DNA of 50,045 bases, filler included, from Catajapyx aquilonaris (taxonomy: Eukaryota): assembly GCA_000934665.2 (NCBI GenBank). It is 2 parts of 2 records of this genome, joined end to end, with 100 filler letters (N's around TTAATTAATTAA, not from the genome) between each part and the next. Parts side by side here need not be neighbours in the genome. Positions count along the whole stretch, not along the records: positions 1 to 24,980 come from KZ539351.1; positions 25,081 to 50,045 come from JYFJ02005434.1. The stretch is one strand, 5' to 3'. Of the stretch, positions 23,505 through 33,799 are shown piece after piece (within the stretch, counting starts at the first letter, position 1; the number at the start of each line of letters is the position of its first letter). A model generated the notes under the pieces. The model worked only from the letters and a program-made list of their open reading frames with translations, was not told the DNA's origin and made no database searches. Made by a program: the position numbers and the translations under genes.

Positions 23505-24478
23505 TAATAATTGAACATTTTCGTATGTAGATGAACTGCGGCAAGATAGGGGCGTAAAAAGTTTCAAACTTGTACCAGCGAAAGTTAAGTAATGATCCGT
23601 TTTTGCTCATTTTATGACTGATTTTGCTGATTTTATTTTTAAGTTTTTCCAAGTGGACTTGGCTGTTTTTGATCTGGGCCCCCTCAAATATTGCCCATCA
23701 CATATTCCATACAGGACATTTTACAAGTTGCTTAACGTATCAGTGTTCACAACATTCAATCACACACAACATTCAATCACACACAACATTCTTACCGTCT
23801 TCATTTGTCCTACATTCAACTTTCTGGCTATATGGACTCTGCCTGTTGCTCGGATCACGTGCATGCACACTAAACTCGTACAGTGTGTCTGGTTTGAGAA
23901 AGAGCACTTCCACTTCATGACTTGTGCTGTAATTAATGCTCATTTTAAACAACCATTGAAATGTGCCATTGATTGTTACTTACCTCCGGATGTAACTGAC
24001 AGTGACATTGCTCATTGTTGGAGAATTTGACACAGGGTGGTAGCGTACAGTATAATAACTAACATTATTGGGGCCAGGTGACCACACCAATCTAATGCTG
24101 CTATGGCCTAAGGGTTCAGCCTCCAAATTGCAGGGTGGCTCTAGAACCCCAGGCTGTTCTGATTCATCCCATTCGCTGGCATTTCCTTCAGGGAGAGTGT
24201 GGATCAATTTCATCCCTATTTCTCCCTCACCCTCGTTGTTGAAACCCTGAATTTGAACTTCATACCAATTGTGAGATGCTGTAACATAAACTCGGAATAA
24301 GTCAAATAATAATAGATGTAATCACACTTAAGAAAAACTCACATAAATCCCGGAGCATAAAATTTGATTGGTTCCCTGGTAGACGTATAGGACCCATTAG
24401 CTGCTCGTTCTGCTTGCGATAGTACAATTTGAAACCAGTTGGATTGTGCTCGTTTTCTTTTGGCATTGACCACGTGGC
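7695..24478 (-). CDS. Prtg: Partial spliced gene: fibronectin type III repeats, transmembrane helix and cytoplasmic tail of a protogenin-like (DCC/neogenin family) receptor. The 5' exons and the last exon were not located.
   Basis: Seven exons with GT-AG boundaries and compatible phases: 24343-24478, 23984-24278, 23796-23926, 13166-13353, 12773-12935, 10892-11142, 7695-7811. The joined translation gives FN3 signatures (W..P....GFKLYY; WYEVQIQGFNNEGEG; LKPDTLYEFSVHA; LLSNMRYYMYIRAATRAGLG), a TM segment GVIVGILIGLTCITTCTTVVVC followed by RRR, and the tail motif HLDTK|GGYPNG. The family call is recalled resemblance, not a search result. Confidence 0.8.
10255..10404. mobile_element. PIF/Harbinger (Tourist-like) hairpin MITE
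   Basis: Arms of about 60 bp beginning aggccatttcacaaaa, flanked by taa/tta; related copy at 20187-20336. Confidence 0.8.
10892..11142 (-). CDS. Transmembrane and cytoplasmic exon
   Basis: Acceptor ctcag|GA and donor AAG|gtgaga; 251 nt, phase 1 to 0; hydrophobic stretch followed by RRR. Confidence 0.85.
11564..11770. mobile_element. PIF/Harbinger-like MITE
   Basis: TIR aggccggtatcgacgtaaaa / ttttacgtggatacgggcct; TAA TSD. Confidence 0.75.
11774..12377. mobile_element. Non-autonomous TTAA-targeting TIR element (Kolobok-like)
   Basis: TIR of about 50 bp agggacactccacttaaaatacaagttggcccccaaaaatcggg; TTAA on both sides; AG...CT termini rather than piggyBac CC...GG. Confidence 0.8.
12773..12935 (-). 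CDS. FN3 C-terminal and juxtamembrane exon (LSGLLSNMRYYMYIRAATRAGLG...DYHI)
   Basis: Acceptor tccag|TTG and donor G|gtaggt; 163 nt, phase 0 to 1. Confidence 0.85.
13166..13353 (-). CDS. FN3 exon (VPGAPLEP...IMIGWKSPEATNGQILMYNIYY...KCK)
   Basis: Acceptor ttctag|TA and donor AAG|gtaatc; 188 nt, phase 1 to 0. Confidence 0.88.
13509..13710 (+). mobile_element. Second tRNA-derived SINE family (degenerate)
   Basis: A-box-like tggtctggtgg and B-box gggttcaaatctc, followed by a SINE-like body ending ctctctc. Confidence 0.5.
13990..15490. repeat. Large foldback palindrome with arms of about 450 bp, centre about 14480
   Basis: 13990-14450 is the reverse complement of 14500-14725 plus 15249-15490; the right arm is interrupted by a MITE. 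Confidence 0.9.
14726..15248. mobile_element. PIF/Harbinger-like MITE inserted in the foldback arm
   Basis: TIR aggcccgtttacacgacgactttccta / taggaaagtcatcgtgtaaacgggcct; TAA TSD; the empty site is preserved in the opposite arm. Confidence 0.9.
15996..17037. mobile_element. Foldback element with about 270-bp inverted arms
   Basis: 15996-16265 is a diverged reverse complement of about 16760-17037. Confidence 0.8.
17241..18601. mobile_element. Tc1/mariner-type long-TIR MITE
   Basis: ta|cagggtgtttcctgtaactc ... gagttacaggaaacaccctg|ta; arms of about 200 bp; itself lies inside an outer inverted repeat (17093-17126 / 18663-18698). Confidence 0.85.
17354..18139. mobile_element. hAT MITE nested in the Tc1-like element
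   Basis: cagcgccggattt ... aagtccgccactg termini; 8-bp TSD ggttcata (17346-17353, 18140-18147). Confidence 0.85.
18720..19945 (+). repeat. Tandem diverged repeats: two units of about 310 bp, then about four units of about 130 bp
   Basis: 18720-19017 resembles 19030-19335; aaattc.atgg...acatcctgtag...ttcaaaata...ccgc.aaaaca recurs across 19450-19940. Confidence 0.7.
20187..20336. mobile_element. PIF/Harbinger-like MITE, diverged relative of 10255-10404
   Basis: aggcc...tgtgaaatggcct termini; TTA TSD on both sides. Confidence 0.75.
20690..20880 (-). mobile_element. tRNA-SINE, diverged relative of the 5108/23168 family
   Basis: Same 5' start gaccgaagca, same B-box region and central ggccacagccg.ttccttc.c domain; different 3' part. 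Confidence 0.75.
21401..23139. mobile_element. Decayed pogo-like element
   Basis: ggaccactgtgcccc / ggggcacagtggtcc repeats at about 21401, 21422, 21747 and 23116; ends ggtctcccc|ta. Confidence 0.5.
22161..22458. repeat. About 300-bp loopless palindrome
   Basis: Arms mirror about the centre aacatggccgcc|ggcggccatgtt (about 22310). Confidence 0.9.
23168..23500 (+). mobile_element. Full-length tRNA-derived SINE with (ATT)n tail
   Basis: A-box tggcatagtgg, B-box ggttcgaatcc, (tta)n tail, 14-bp TSD atattaataattga (23154-23167, 23501-23514). Confidence 0.93.
23796..23926 (-). CDS. FN3 exon (STSHEVEVLFLKPDTLYEFSVHARD...CRTNED), absent from the ORF track
   Basis: Acceptor ttacag|C and donor G|gtaaga; 131 nt, phase 2 to 1; canonical L.P.T.Y.F.V.A motif. 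Confidence 0.88.
23984..24278 (-). CDS. FN3 exon (SSHNWYEVQIQGFNNEGEG...PPCNLEAEPLGHSSIRLVW...YTVRY)
   Basis: Acceptor ttacag|CA and donor AG|gtaagt; 295 nt, phase 1 to 2; in frame with both neighbours. Confidence 0.88.
24343..24478 (-). CDS. FN3 exon of protogenin-like gene (ATWSMPK...FMLRDL)
   Basis: Acceptor gagcag|GCC and donor T|gtgagt; 136 nt, phase 0 to 1; FN3 W and YY motifs. Confidence 0.8.
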
Positions 24479-24980
24479 CTGCTCAGATGAAAACACCATA
24501 ATAATAGTGTTGTATGTATTAGGACATTAGGTAGACAAAAAGGAGGCAAAAACACAGCTAAGCAGACACTAATGCAGTGGTTCTCAACCGGTGATGCGCG
24601 CCCCCCTGGGAGGGGGGCGGGGGTCGAAAAGGACCTCCGAGTGGCTATCAGCAACATTCTGCCCCGAATCCAAAACTTATGTGACTCGCACTGATTTGGT
24701 AAGTACAGTACCGTCAAACGGGGTTACTTAAGCCGGGTGGGTAACTTAAGCCATTTTGCTGCGTAAATTTCGGACACTGATTTTGGCAACACTGTTTTGA
24801 GTTGAAATGTTATTTTTCATGACATAAGTTCCATATTTAAGTGCAGTTTTGGACTGCATATTTGAATATTGTGTTTGTGTCAAAGGTAACTTTGTAAAAT
24901 CTTAATTATGTTTAGGATAATTGCATCATAAATTTATACCCTACGTAACTTTCATCGCCAACATCTTCTGTTTGAATTTA

Positions 24981-25080
24981 NNNNNNNNNNNNNNNNNNNN
25001 NNNNNNNNNNNNNNNNNNNNNNNNTTAATTAATTAANNNNNNNNNNNNNNNNNNNNNNNNNNNNNNNNNNNNNNNNNNNN
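24981..25080. other. Assembly gap containing a TTAATTAATTAA spacer
   Basis: 12-mer with stop codons in all six frames, placed between two N runs. Confidence 0.85.
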
Positions 25081-26314
25081 CCCTGACCCACTGCAGATTT
25101 TGGGAGAAAAATCCCGGGCGTTTCCCAGCTACTTTGGGTCCTACTAACATGATGTGCATAGTGGTTTCTGAATAACACGCCGAAAGTTTTTTTTTGTTGC
25201 GCTGTGTTATCAGTTTATCCTTCACTAATTTAACATAATTTGCGTTTGGGCCTAACACATGTCTTTCTTTCCACAGAGTCTTTCTCACACTTCTAGTCCT
25301 CAGTGAGTAGTCTTGGGATATCGATATTGATGTGCCTTTCAATTTTTTTGCGTTGGTCAAAATCTGTGTGCGGTCCTCCGAGTATGGGATCTTGGCAATT
25401 ATTGGTGGTCTTAAGGATTTCCCTAGGACATGCACTCTGTCTATGAACACCTTTGACGGGTCAATGTTCAACTTGGTGTGGAACAGCTCGTTTAGCGCCC
25501 TTCTACAGCCTGTCGCCGGCATAGCCGGGTTGGTATCCAAGCCAAAAAATACTAGATTTCCCTCCCTCTGTCTGTCTTCCAGATCCGTTACCTTATCCCA
25601 TAACTGATTAATTTGCTCGTCCTTCTCTCTTAACTCTTTCTTAAGGTCTTGAATTTCCTTCTTATTATGTTCCCTACTTATTGCTTCCCTACTGCCTTCT
25701 ATAAATTTGTCCATTTTGTCCGACATAACCTTGGCCAGATTATCCCATTTGTCTGACATCGTTTTAGCTAAATCGACTACATAGCTCTTTAGGTCTTCCT
25801 GTTGTATCAATTGATCTGGAGTAAGTTCTGACCTTGTCCTTTTTGCTGATACCATCGTAGATAAAGGGGTTGCTTGCAATCCAAGAGGGTTCGGAACCAC
25901 TTCCTTTTCCTTATCGCCTTCTACCCCCGTTATCCTTAAACCCGTGGGGGAGTGTCCGGTTATGGGACCAGGATTGATCTCCACTCCACCTCGCCTCAAC
26001 AACACGTTAATCAGTGTTTGGGGGGTGAACAATTTGACTCCAAGCGTGTCACCCTGCAGGACCCTAGACACACCCATTACACCCTTCCCAGCAAACACAC
26101 ACTGATCCACTTCCTTCTTGAGGCCGCCCTCGTATGCTCGTGGTCCTGTCAAAAAGGCTCCTCCCATCAGCAGCAACAGGCAGAGGATCCATCTCCTTCC
26201 CTTTCCGCTGTCCTTCCGGGCAGCCATGGTCCTTGTCGAGCTGTGTGCTGAACCTGGACCCCTTGGCAGGGCCGCCCGCCACTGGACTACGTCGTTCCCC
26301 ATTTTCTCGACCAA
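25081..26314 (-). mobile_element. Non-LTR retrotransposon (CR1/L2-type) ORF1 with a 2A-like motif, coiled coil and RRM-like domain; truncated by a gap
   Basis: Long ORF with LLRRGGVEINPGP, a heptad coiled coil, then LEDRQREGNLVFFGL, IDRVHVLGK..RPPIIAK and KKLKGTSISISQDYS..TR..RK.L, typical of LINE ORF1. Confidence 0.8.
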
Positions 26315-26929
26315 TGCCGTAAGTAAAATATCAGTATCCGTTCGCCCTGACCATCATTAGGCGGTCATTAACACTGATCACACTCACCCTTTGGTCGGGT
26401 GTGGCCCCTGGGGAGGTCACTACAGCCACTAAACCAGGCCTTTGCCCAGGAGCCCTACCTGCCCTTGCGTCCTGGTTGTGTGTACCTTAGTACGGAGCTC
26501 GATTTTTCCCACTTCTTGCCTGGTCAAGCGTCGGTGGAGAAGTCACAACGTATGTATGAGAACGTCTCCATACAAATTGCCTGAGTGGGTTTTGTCGGAA
26601 GTCATTATATACGCATGTGGCTTTTCTTATGTAGTGATTAGTACTTGCAATTGAAAGGTTTGAGTCATTAAATATTGCCCATTTTTGTGTCGAATTCAGA
26701 TACGCGTTTTTATGATTACATAGGACCATAAAACATTTGCGAAATTTAAAATGCCTTGCCTCCTATCTCAGTTAATAACACCGGTATTGTATAGGGTACA
26801 TGGGTCATGCTGAGTTATTCATAGGCATCATTTTGGACTTTCATCTAATTTGTGTAGTAGTCTCTAAACCAGTGTGTGTTTAGTCAGGCAGAAAGACATG
26901 TTACAAGTGGTGCATGTCAAACGTGTCGT

Positions 26930-27280
26930 GGTGCTGTTGCAAAACGGGTGCATTCATGAGTTTGTGTTTTCGGTGATATTTCAGGCATGTGCAATACGTT
27001 CTTTTGCAAGGCATCAGGTGCTGGGGAATCCCTTCCCTCCTCTTCTGCATGTAAATTAAATGCTCTGCTGTCTTCATCAGATAATGTAGTCAAGGATGAT
27101 CTTTTTTGGCGTGCTCTCCTTGCAGAAATTTAACAGTCGACCTTTGATGCCAGGATAGTGATGTCCTCCATTGCTTCTCAACTTGGAATGTCATGGATAC
27201 ATTCCATATGTGATGAGCACCTGTTTGAGTCTCGCTGAAGTTCAGCCATTTCCTGAGAGAGGTCATTCTCAACTATATTT
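26930..27280 (-). pseudogene. IAP-like remnant (BIR then RING)
   Basis: LRMTSLRKW, S*EAMED and HQRS..KFL (BIR-like), then FTC...LMPCKRTYCTCL...PFCN (RING-like); several frameshifts and stops. Confidence 0.55.
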
Positions 27281-28169
27281 GCTCTTTAGTGGAGTATGTA
27301 CACAGCTTATATTGTCACTCCGAGGGAATTATTTGCTGCGGAAGGCGCATGTTGCGGCTTGCCCTTTCGTGTGACACATGCTTTAAGACTGATGAAACTG
27401 AATGTTACACGTAGCGTCAAAAATATGTAATTGCCAATACTTATCCGTTACACACACCAAATTTCCTCGCACCTCTTTGCACATCAGTAATTCTTTCTCG
27501 AATGCATATTTGGCGTAATATCAAAGCACGACCCTCTGATTACTGTTCTTTCAATCATGTTTACAGCAGTGGCGTCGTGATCAATTATGGCCCAAGTATT
27601 AATATTGGTTCAACGCAACGCTTTTCTTCAAAAGTTACATTACATTTTCGTAAATGTTTACGCGATGATGCCTGATGCGGTGGCCGTCGGCCTGCCTTCA
27701 GCCGCTGCAAGGTAGTTTGCGACTGCCTCCGTAGTCTCTTTCTTATATCCGACGGCTTTTTGCTGATGCCGTTGTACCCTTTCGAGCCTTCCATGGAATA
27801 AGTTGGCCGGCTGCTTGTGCAGTTTATTGTCATGCTCAGGAGCACAGTATGTTGGTCTACATCCTGTTTTCTCCTGTTGTCATTTCCGGTTTTCTGATAA
27901 TATATCCGACCCTCGAACTATTCTCTCAAAATTCTCCTTCAGCACAGCAATACTTCTGTATTTCTGGGACAATTGAGTTTCGTAGAAGATAGGAATATTT
28001 GGGTCGTATTTCCTTCTCAAAACTGACACTGAAAAATCTTATGATGTGCTTGACAGTGGAGATAGTGTTCTGTGGAGTCCCAAGGCAAAAGGCAGTATCT
28101 GCATTTTATTCTAGTTTTTGTTCGCACCTGAATGCGCCTGTGATACTGCACATATGAAGCGCACTGCCA

Positions 28170-28600
28170 TATGGGCGTTCGGCCAATTGGGAGATGGAAA
28201 AAGGTAGTATATGCAGAAAAATAATTCTTGCTTCAAGGCAAAGGGCAGTATATGCAAGCAGCCAATCAACGTCCGGTATTCCGTGACATGATCATCTTAG
28301 AAATGGCCGCCGACTTCCCAGTGTATGATTAATATTATTGCAGTTAATCACCACTTACATTATTTTTGTAATGTGCCTTTCTGTAGATGATGATACTTCT
28401 CAACCCGTTCCAAAATCAAAAGCAAAGCAGTGCAAAAGGGCAAGGACACTGTTATCAACTCAAAATGTTCAAAAAGGTGCCATCACACCATCAAATCACA
28501 CAAGTTGCAGATAATATCATTTTAGCAGGTGTTCCAATAGGTCATACGAACTGTTGGGGACCCTGTAGTAATGCCGGAGATATGGGCATTATTGTAGGCC
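28170..28600 (-). pseudogene. Two degenerate BIR-like repeats
   Basis: PISPALL...NDIICNLCDLMV*WHLFEH...LPFC at about 28425-28590; NTGR*LAACIYC at about 28245-28280. Confidence 0.6.
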
Positions 28601-28959
28601 TATTGTACCCACTAGCGACCCTATGATTGACACTGGTTATTGTCCAGGGTAAATGAATTTTCAAGTATTTAATTAGGAGAACTTTATTCCCTTGGATACG
28701 ATTTATTCAAGCTCCAGCCACCATGCACCAGTCCACCGTCCAGTGTACCCCTTGTGGGTCAGAATACGAGAAGCCACTAGACGTAAAGAAACTAAACTCC
28801 CAAAACTTCTCATGCAGGGCGACATCACTCGATTGACAGTTCCTTCAAGTCACCCTCGCTTGTACTGTACGTGGACCCATCTGTGCTAAATTCGGACATT
28901 ATACTGTATAAATTTGCTACACGTGAGTCGAGGGACGTGTTCAATTGGACATCTGGTGG

Positions 28960-29965
28960 TTTTTGTAATTTGAATTTTCATATTGGCCGCAGATGAGCGA
29001 CATCCCACAGAAACAGCCAACAATTTGTCTTCTGGAAGTGGCTGTTCAGGCACATTTGGGAGTGATATTAGTGAAGCTACATATTATTATTATTATTTTT
29101 GGTTTGCTGCTTTTACAGTTCTCAGCATAATCAGCATTCCCCGTCCTTTGGAGTAATCAGTCTCGCTTTCACAGATCTGCTATTTTCAGCAAGTATGTCG
29201 TTCTTACCATAAAACTTCCGGGATGACTACCTGCACCTGTTGCGAAATGCCCAGAGCGATCAAAAAGTCTGCACCGGATGATGACGGTGCAGAAACATGC
29301 GAAAATATATTTAACAATTTCAGCCTGATGCAATGAAGTTAGCGTGTGTCGGCAGCTTACACTCAATAGTGCCGTTAATGATGCGGCTGTTCCTGCCATC
29401 CACTTCATCACATGTCACATTTTATTGATGAGTCTGTAAACACGGGATTTAATAACTGAGAAAAATTAGCCCCAACATTTACATTCACACATATCAGGAA
29501 CAATTTTGGCTTTCCAGTAAGCGAGGGACAGTTGCCAGGCAGGAACGGATCCCACAGAATGGATGGTTTGTATATACAAACAGTCGCTGGCATGAAGCTC
29601 CCCACTCCTCCCTGAAGTTAAGACTGCCTCAAGTACACACACCCATTTCCTGAAGTCCTTCCTAGACACTGTAAAATATCAACAAAAAATGAATCAGAAA
29701 AAACTAAATGACAATGAAATTAAATGGATATGAAGTCACATGTTCCAACTCACAATTTTCAACCATTTCTTTCACTGTCGCTGCTGACAAGTCGGGGCGC
29801 ACCTTGACTTAAAGTCCCAGACGCTTCAGTCTTATTTCCAGTAGAGGATGTGTGTCTCTTGCATTTTTTTCGTAAGCACTCTGATGACGAGTCAACCACA
29901 TCTGGCATGTGCATAGGTACAGTACATGTGCTGCTCATTCGAACAAGCATGGCTCTCCTACCCAT
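28960..29965 (-). pseudogene. Caspase-like pseudogene (p20 and p10 remnants) with a retained spliceosomal intron
   Basis: LKRLGL*VKVRPDLSAATVKEMVEN, intron 29669-29753, LSRKDFRKWVCVLEAVLTSGRSGELHASD, frameshift, YKPSILWDPFLPGNCPSLTGKPKLFLI, then DEVDG...CKLPTHANFIAS...GSFMV; collinear with the caspase fold. Confidence 0.85.
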
Positions 29966-30869
29966 ATCGTCATTGTGTAGTTTCGATGCATATCCTCACG
30001 CACGTTTCTTGGATTGCTCGAGCAGTTTCGCCAGGATTTTACATTCTCTCAGGATTGCCACAACCAGAACTTCAAAGAGTCCAATGTGCTATGAAATCAT
30101 ATCATCTAGGGGCTGTCCCCTGGTCCGTATAAAGCAAACAAAATGTGGAATTCGGAGCATTATTCTTCCATGTTGGCTGGATATTCTCAGAGTTTGTGAC
30201 AGTTGCATGTGCAACAACCTGGAGTGTGTGATTATGCTTGGGATATGGCATAATCATGGCGAGATCGCTTTCTACTCCTAGACTTTTCGTTCAATAAATG
30301 TATCGCGTAGGTTTTTCATCATCTCTTCGTATTCTGAGGAGCCTCCTTACATCACATAATTAATAATGTTGTGCACAATAATATGTCCCGATGTTTTTTG
30401 AATAGCTCGTTGGTGACAGTGTTCGGGATTTGTCTGTCCCCGAACAGCTTTATGCATCTGGCCTTTATAAGATTTACAGCAGTGGAGTTGGGAGCAAACG
30501 TTGGGGCCACCTGAGTTGCCGGTGCAGTAGTTTCTTTTGATATGGTGTTGGATGTGGCGCAGCTTCTGGGCCGTCGTTATTACCATAACCGTTTTTCAGA
30601 AGTTAATGCTGCATATTTGACGTATATTAAGGTTTCATGTTGTTCAATTACGGTAGGGACTTGAGTGCTGACTATAGGAGGTGGCTGAATCAGCTTCAGT
30701 CGTTCTGAAAATTCCAATTCTGTGATTCTTGAATGAATTATTGTAGCGCATCACATGAAGGGTTTGCAATTCTTTAACCCTGTGGGATATGCCAGTGGTT
30801 TCAGGATTACAAACGTAAGCTCCTTCAGAATCAGAATTTATTGATGTTATTTTTCATTTGGGACACTGA

Positions 30870-32945
30870 AGCCAGATCGCGTTTTGTTGCCACATAAGCA
30901 TAATATGCCCATAATTAAACTCTTCGTCATCTCGCACAGTGATGCGAATAAAATCTGAAATAGACAGGTTCTTTCTCTCCAAGATCTATCGCATATGTAC
31001 TTTTACTGTCTCTTAATTGATACTACACGACTAATACTAAACAGTATCAAAATGACACACCCAGTCACCGGGAAAGCGTCGCGTCGTCGGATCTTAATTC
31101 TACCATCTCGAGCCAATTTCCACGGAGGCTTCGTCCATGAAGATAAAGTTTCGTTGGCCCATTCTTCCGTCCAACTGAATTCCTCAAGAAAGTTGAGACG
31201 GAAATGTAATACTATCGCACGAAGTGACAACCACTCTTGCTAATTAAGCGCCGCGCCTGTAAGATAACAATGTGGAAATTTGTAAATAATACGCCGCAAT
31301 TGTCAGTAGTTATCGCCTCATCTTAATTTATACTAGACGCGTAACAGTATGAGCTGCACAGTTACATGAGCAACAACCTAGAGTTTGTGATTATGGCTTA
31401 ATCATGGTGAGATCGCTTTCTACTGCTAGACATTTAAAAAAAATAAGTGTACTGTCTTGGTTTGTCATCATAGCGTCACTCTGACGTCATCCTAGAGCTT
31501 AACATTCATACGAGTCTCATTCGTAACTGATTTAATAATGTAATGCTCTTGGATGCAACCTATGTTTTGGTCTAGATTACCATGGTGGAGTCACCTGTTG
31601 TCATTCATGTGCTTTTCCGTGGTTGTAATGTTATCACTTATCACCAGTGCTTCACACTGTTCAAATGCGATGTACAGTGTTGTTATTCCAATGCGGCGTA
31701 GCAAGAATGTAATGTACGGATAATTTGTAATATTCTAATATGCAGGTTACCACCCTTTAAAAAAACAGCAATGCACCCACAGAAGAATCATCAGCATTCA
31801 CTATTATTGTGGTATAACTGGCTGAAATGTTTAAATCTTGGTGTCTGACGTCGAGCTGCTTCTTTGCGGATCGTCCTGCGCATTTTCATGCTGTGCTGGT
31901 CCCTCGTCACTTTCCAATATCTGATTTAAATACATGTGTTTTTGTACACATGCAACCAAATGTATTCAACAGTTTGAAATATTTGAGTGCTGAATTGTAA
32001 TTATTAGATTAATTCGTCAATCGATTATTACTTATTACTACCTTTTTGTCGGAATGTTTCCTCGCCGAGCTACATAGTTTGCAAATGGGTTGTCTGTCTA
32101 TTCGTTTTGCCAAGAACCCCTCCCATCTTGACGTCGTAAATGGCGCGATCGACTATAGCACAAGAGTAATGATGCCAGACGACGTGAGTATAGATTTCCA
32201 CTACTTTGCTTTGTGGTTCACTACCGGAGGAGCGAAGAGAGCAATATTGTGTTAGCAGATTTATAACACTGTGGAGGTAAAATAACATGATCATTTCACT
32301 CCCCTACATGATGGTATATCCCGCTGTCCCTTGGTGGTGTAGGTATACGGGGTGATAGACACGTACGCCAGTGGTTCCTTGCGTGGTTTTATCTCCACAA
32401 CGAATTAGCGTGTTTCACATTGTTAGGAAAACGCTTTTCGTTACGTCATAATTTACCCTTTCATAAGCTGGTCACCTGGTTACCTCTGGAATGGCCGTAG
32501 ATTACTAAGTTCTGTTACTTCTACGAGGCAGGTCACTAGATCCGAGTTTGTGGTCGATCGTATTTCTCCCAATTCATTGGTTAGGGCAGGAGGGCGTGGT
32601 TGGTTTTCGTGGCAGAAGAATTCGTCGAGATCTCCATCCCTGATTTGGCATGCAATTTGGGAAACAGACTGATGTCGCTTTTCAGCCCAAGGATCTTAGT
32701 CTTGGTCTGGCAGATGGACCGAACTGGCTTTGAGGACGTACCGAAGATGGGAGTTCTTATCGATTGAGTTTTAATGGGGGGGTCATCATCCCCACGGAAC
32801 ATTCATCAAGACGTTCCCGTACAAGTGTGACCTTCCTGTACGTCCAACACAGTGGAGCCTTCCCTTCTCCATTCTCTGCATTGCAACTCACCTGAGCACG
32901 GAGCACATGAGCTGCTGGCCAAGGAATATTCCATGCCTTCAACCT
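30870..32945 (-). pseudogene. Multi-BIR IAP-like remnant
   Basis: YRLKAWNIPWPAAHV...AENG...RLDE/FRGDDDP (32780-32945); SWQNE*TDNPF (about 32080-32115); TLSSWTKPPWKLARDG (about 31100-31150). Confidence 0.55.
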
Positions 32946-33409
32946 ATATGACTAGAACAGCTGAGTGTAAACAGGTCGTCATCAGTTTCATGTTCTTTGT
33001 TCAGTTGTGAAATTTCAGAGAAAGAGAAGGGAACATGACTCGTTAGAACGTGAAGTAGTGAGACCTTTAGACCAGTGTGAAGTCAGTGGTGGAGGCTGTG
33101 TATTTAGAATACGTTTAAAATACATTGCATTTTATCATAATTTTTAAATGTAATTGTGTCGATTAATCGATATAATCTTGTCATGCAGTGTCTGTTTTTC
33201 GAGTATCGATTATGTCTGGAGGTGCGATATATTTTGGCAGGCCTTTCTTTGGCTACAATATGTCATTATAAATATTCTTTGCACATGAATTGTGTCGAAA
33301 TGTGGAGAGTCAGATAAAAGGCGGAGATGTAAGGGAAAATGGCGCTGGCCTACTCTCCTCCAAAATACACAACAAAACGAAATGCATGATGAGAGTATGT
33401 AGACTGATA

Positions 33410-33518
33410 TGTACTATATCGCTCAAAAACATAGAGACGATTTTGCATTTGATTCAAGTGCAGGCTGCACGTGAGTCAAATGCAAAATCGTCTCTATGTT
33501 TTTGAGTGATATAGTACA
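33410..33518. repeat. About 108-bp palindromic mini-element (copy 2)
   Basis: Same hairpin family as 5954-6061. Confidence 0.85.
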
Positions 33519-33799
33519 ATATGGAAAGAAAATGTGGTTCACACCCTTCCCAGTGGAGGTTCATAATTACGAGCAAAGAACCAGATCATGGTGTGTCGAC
33601 AATAATTAACAAATGACCAATACATACAAAAATACAGTTTTAACATATTCCACGATCTGTCTCCATATTGATGCTGTGGTCCAAGGTGCGTCAAAGATAT
33701 TCACTTCGTCACTTTCCTCTGAGGTCTGAGGGGATGTCGGCGTATATTTTGATAATTTTTTTCCTCTTGAGGTGTGGATAACACTGGTCGTGGGTGTCG

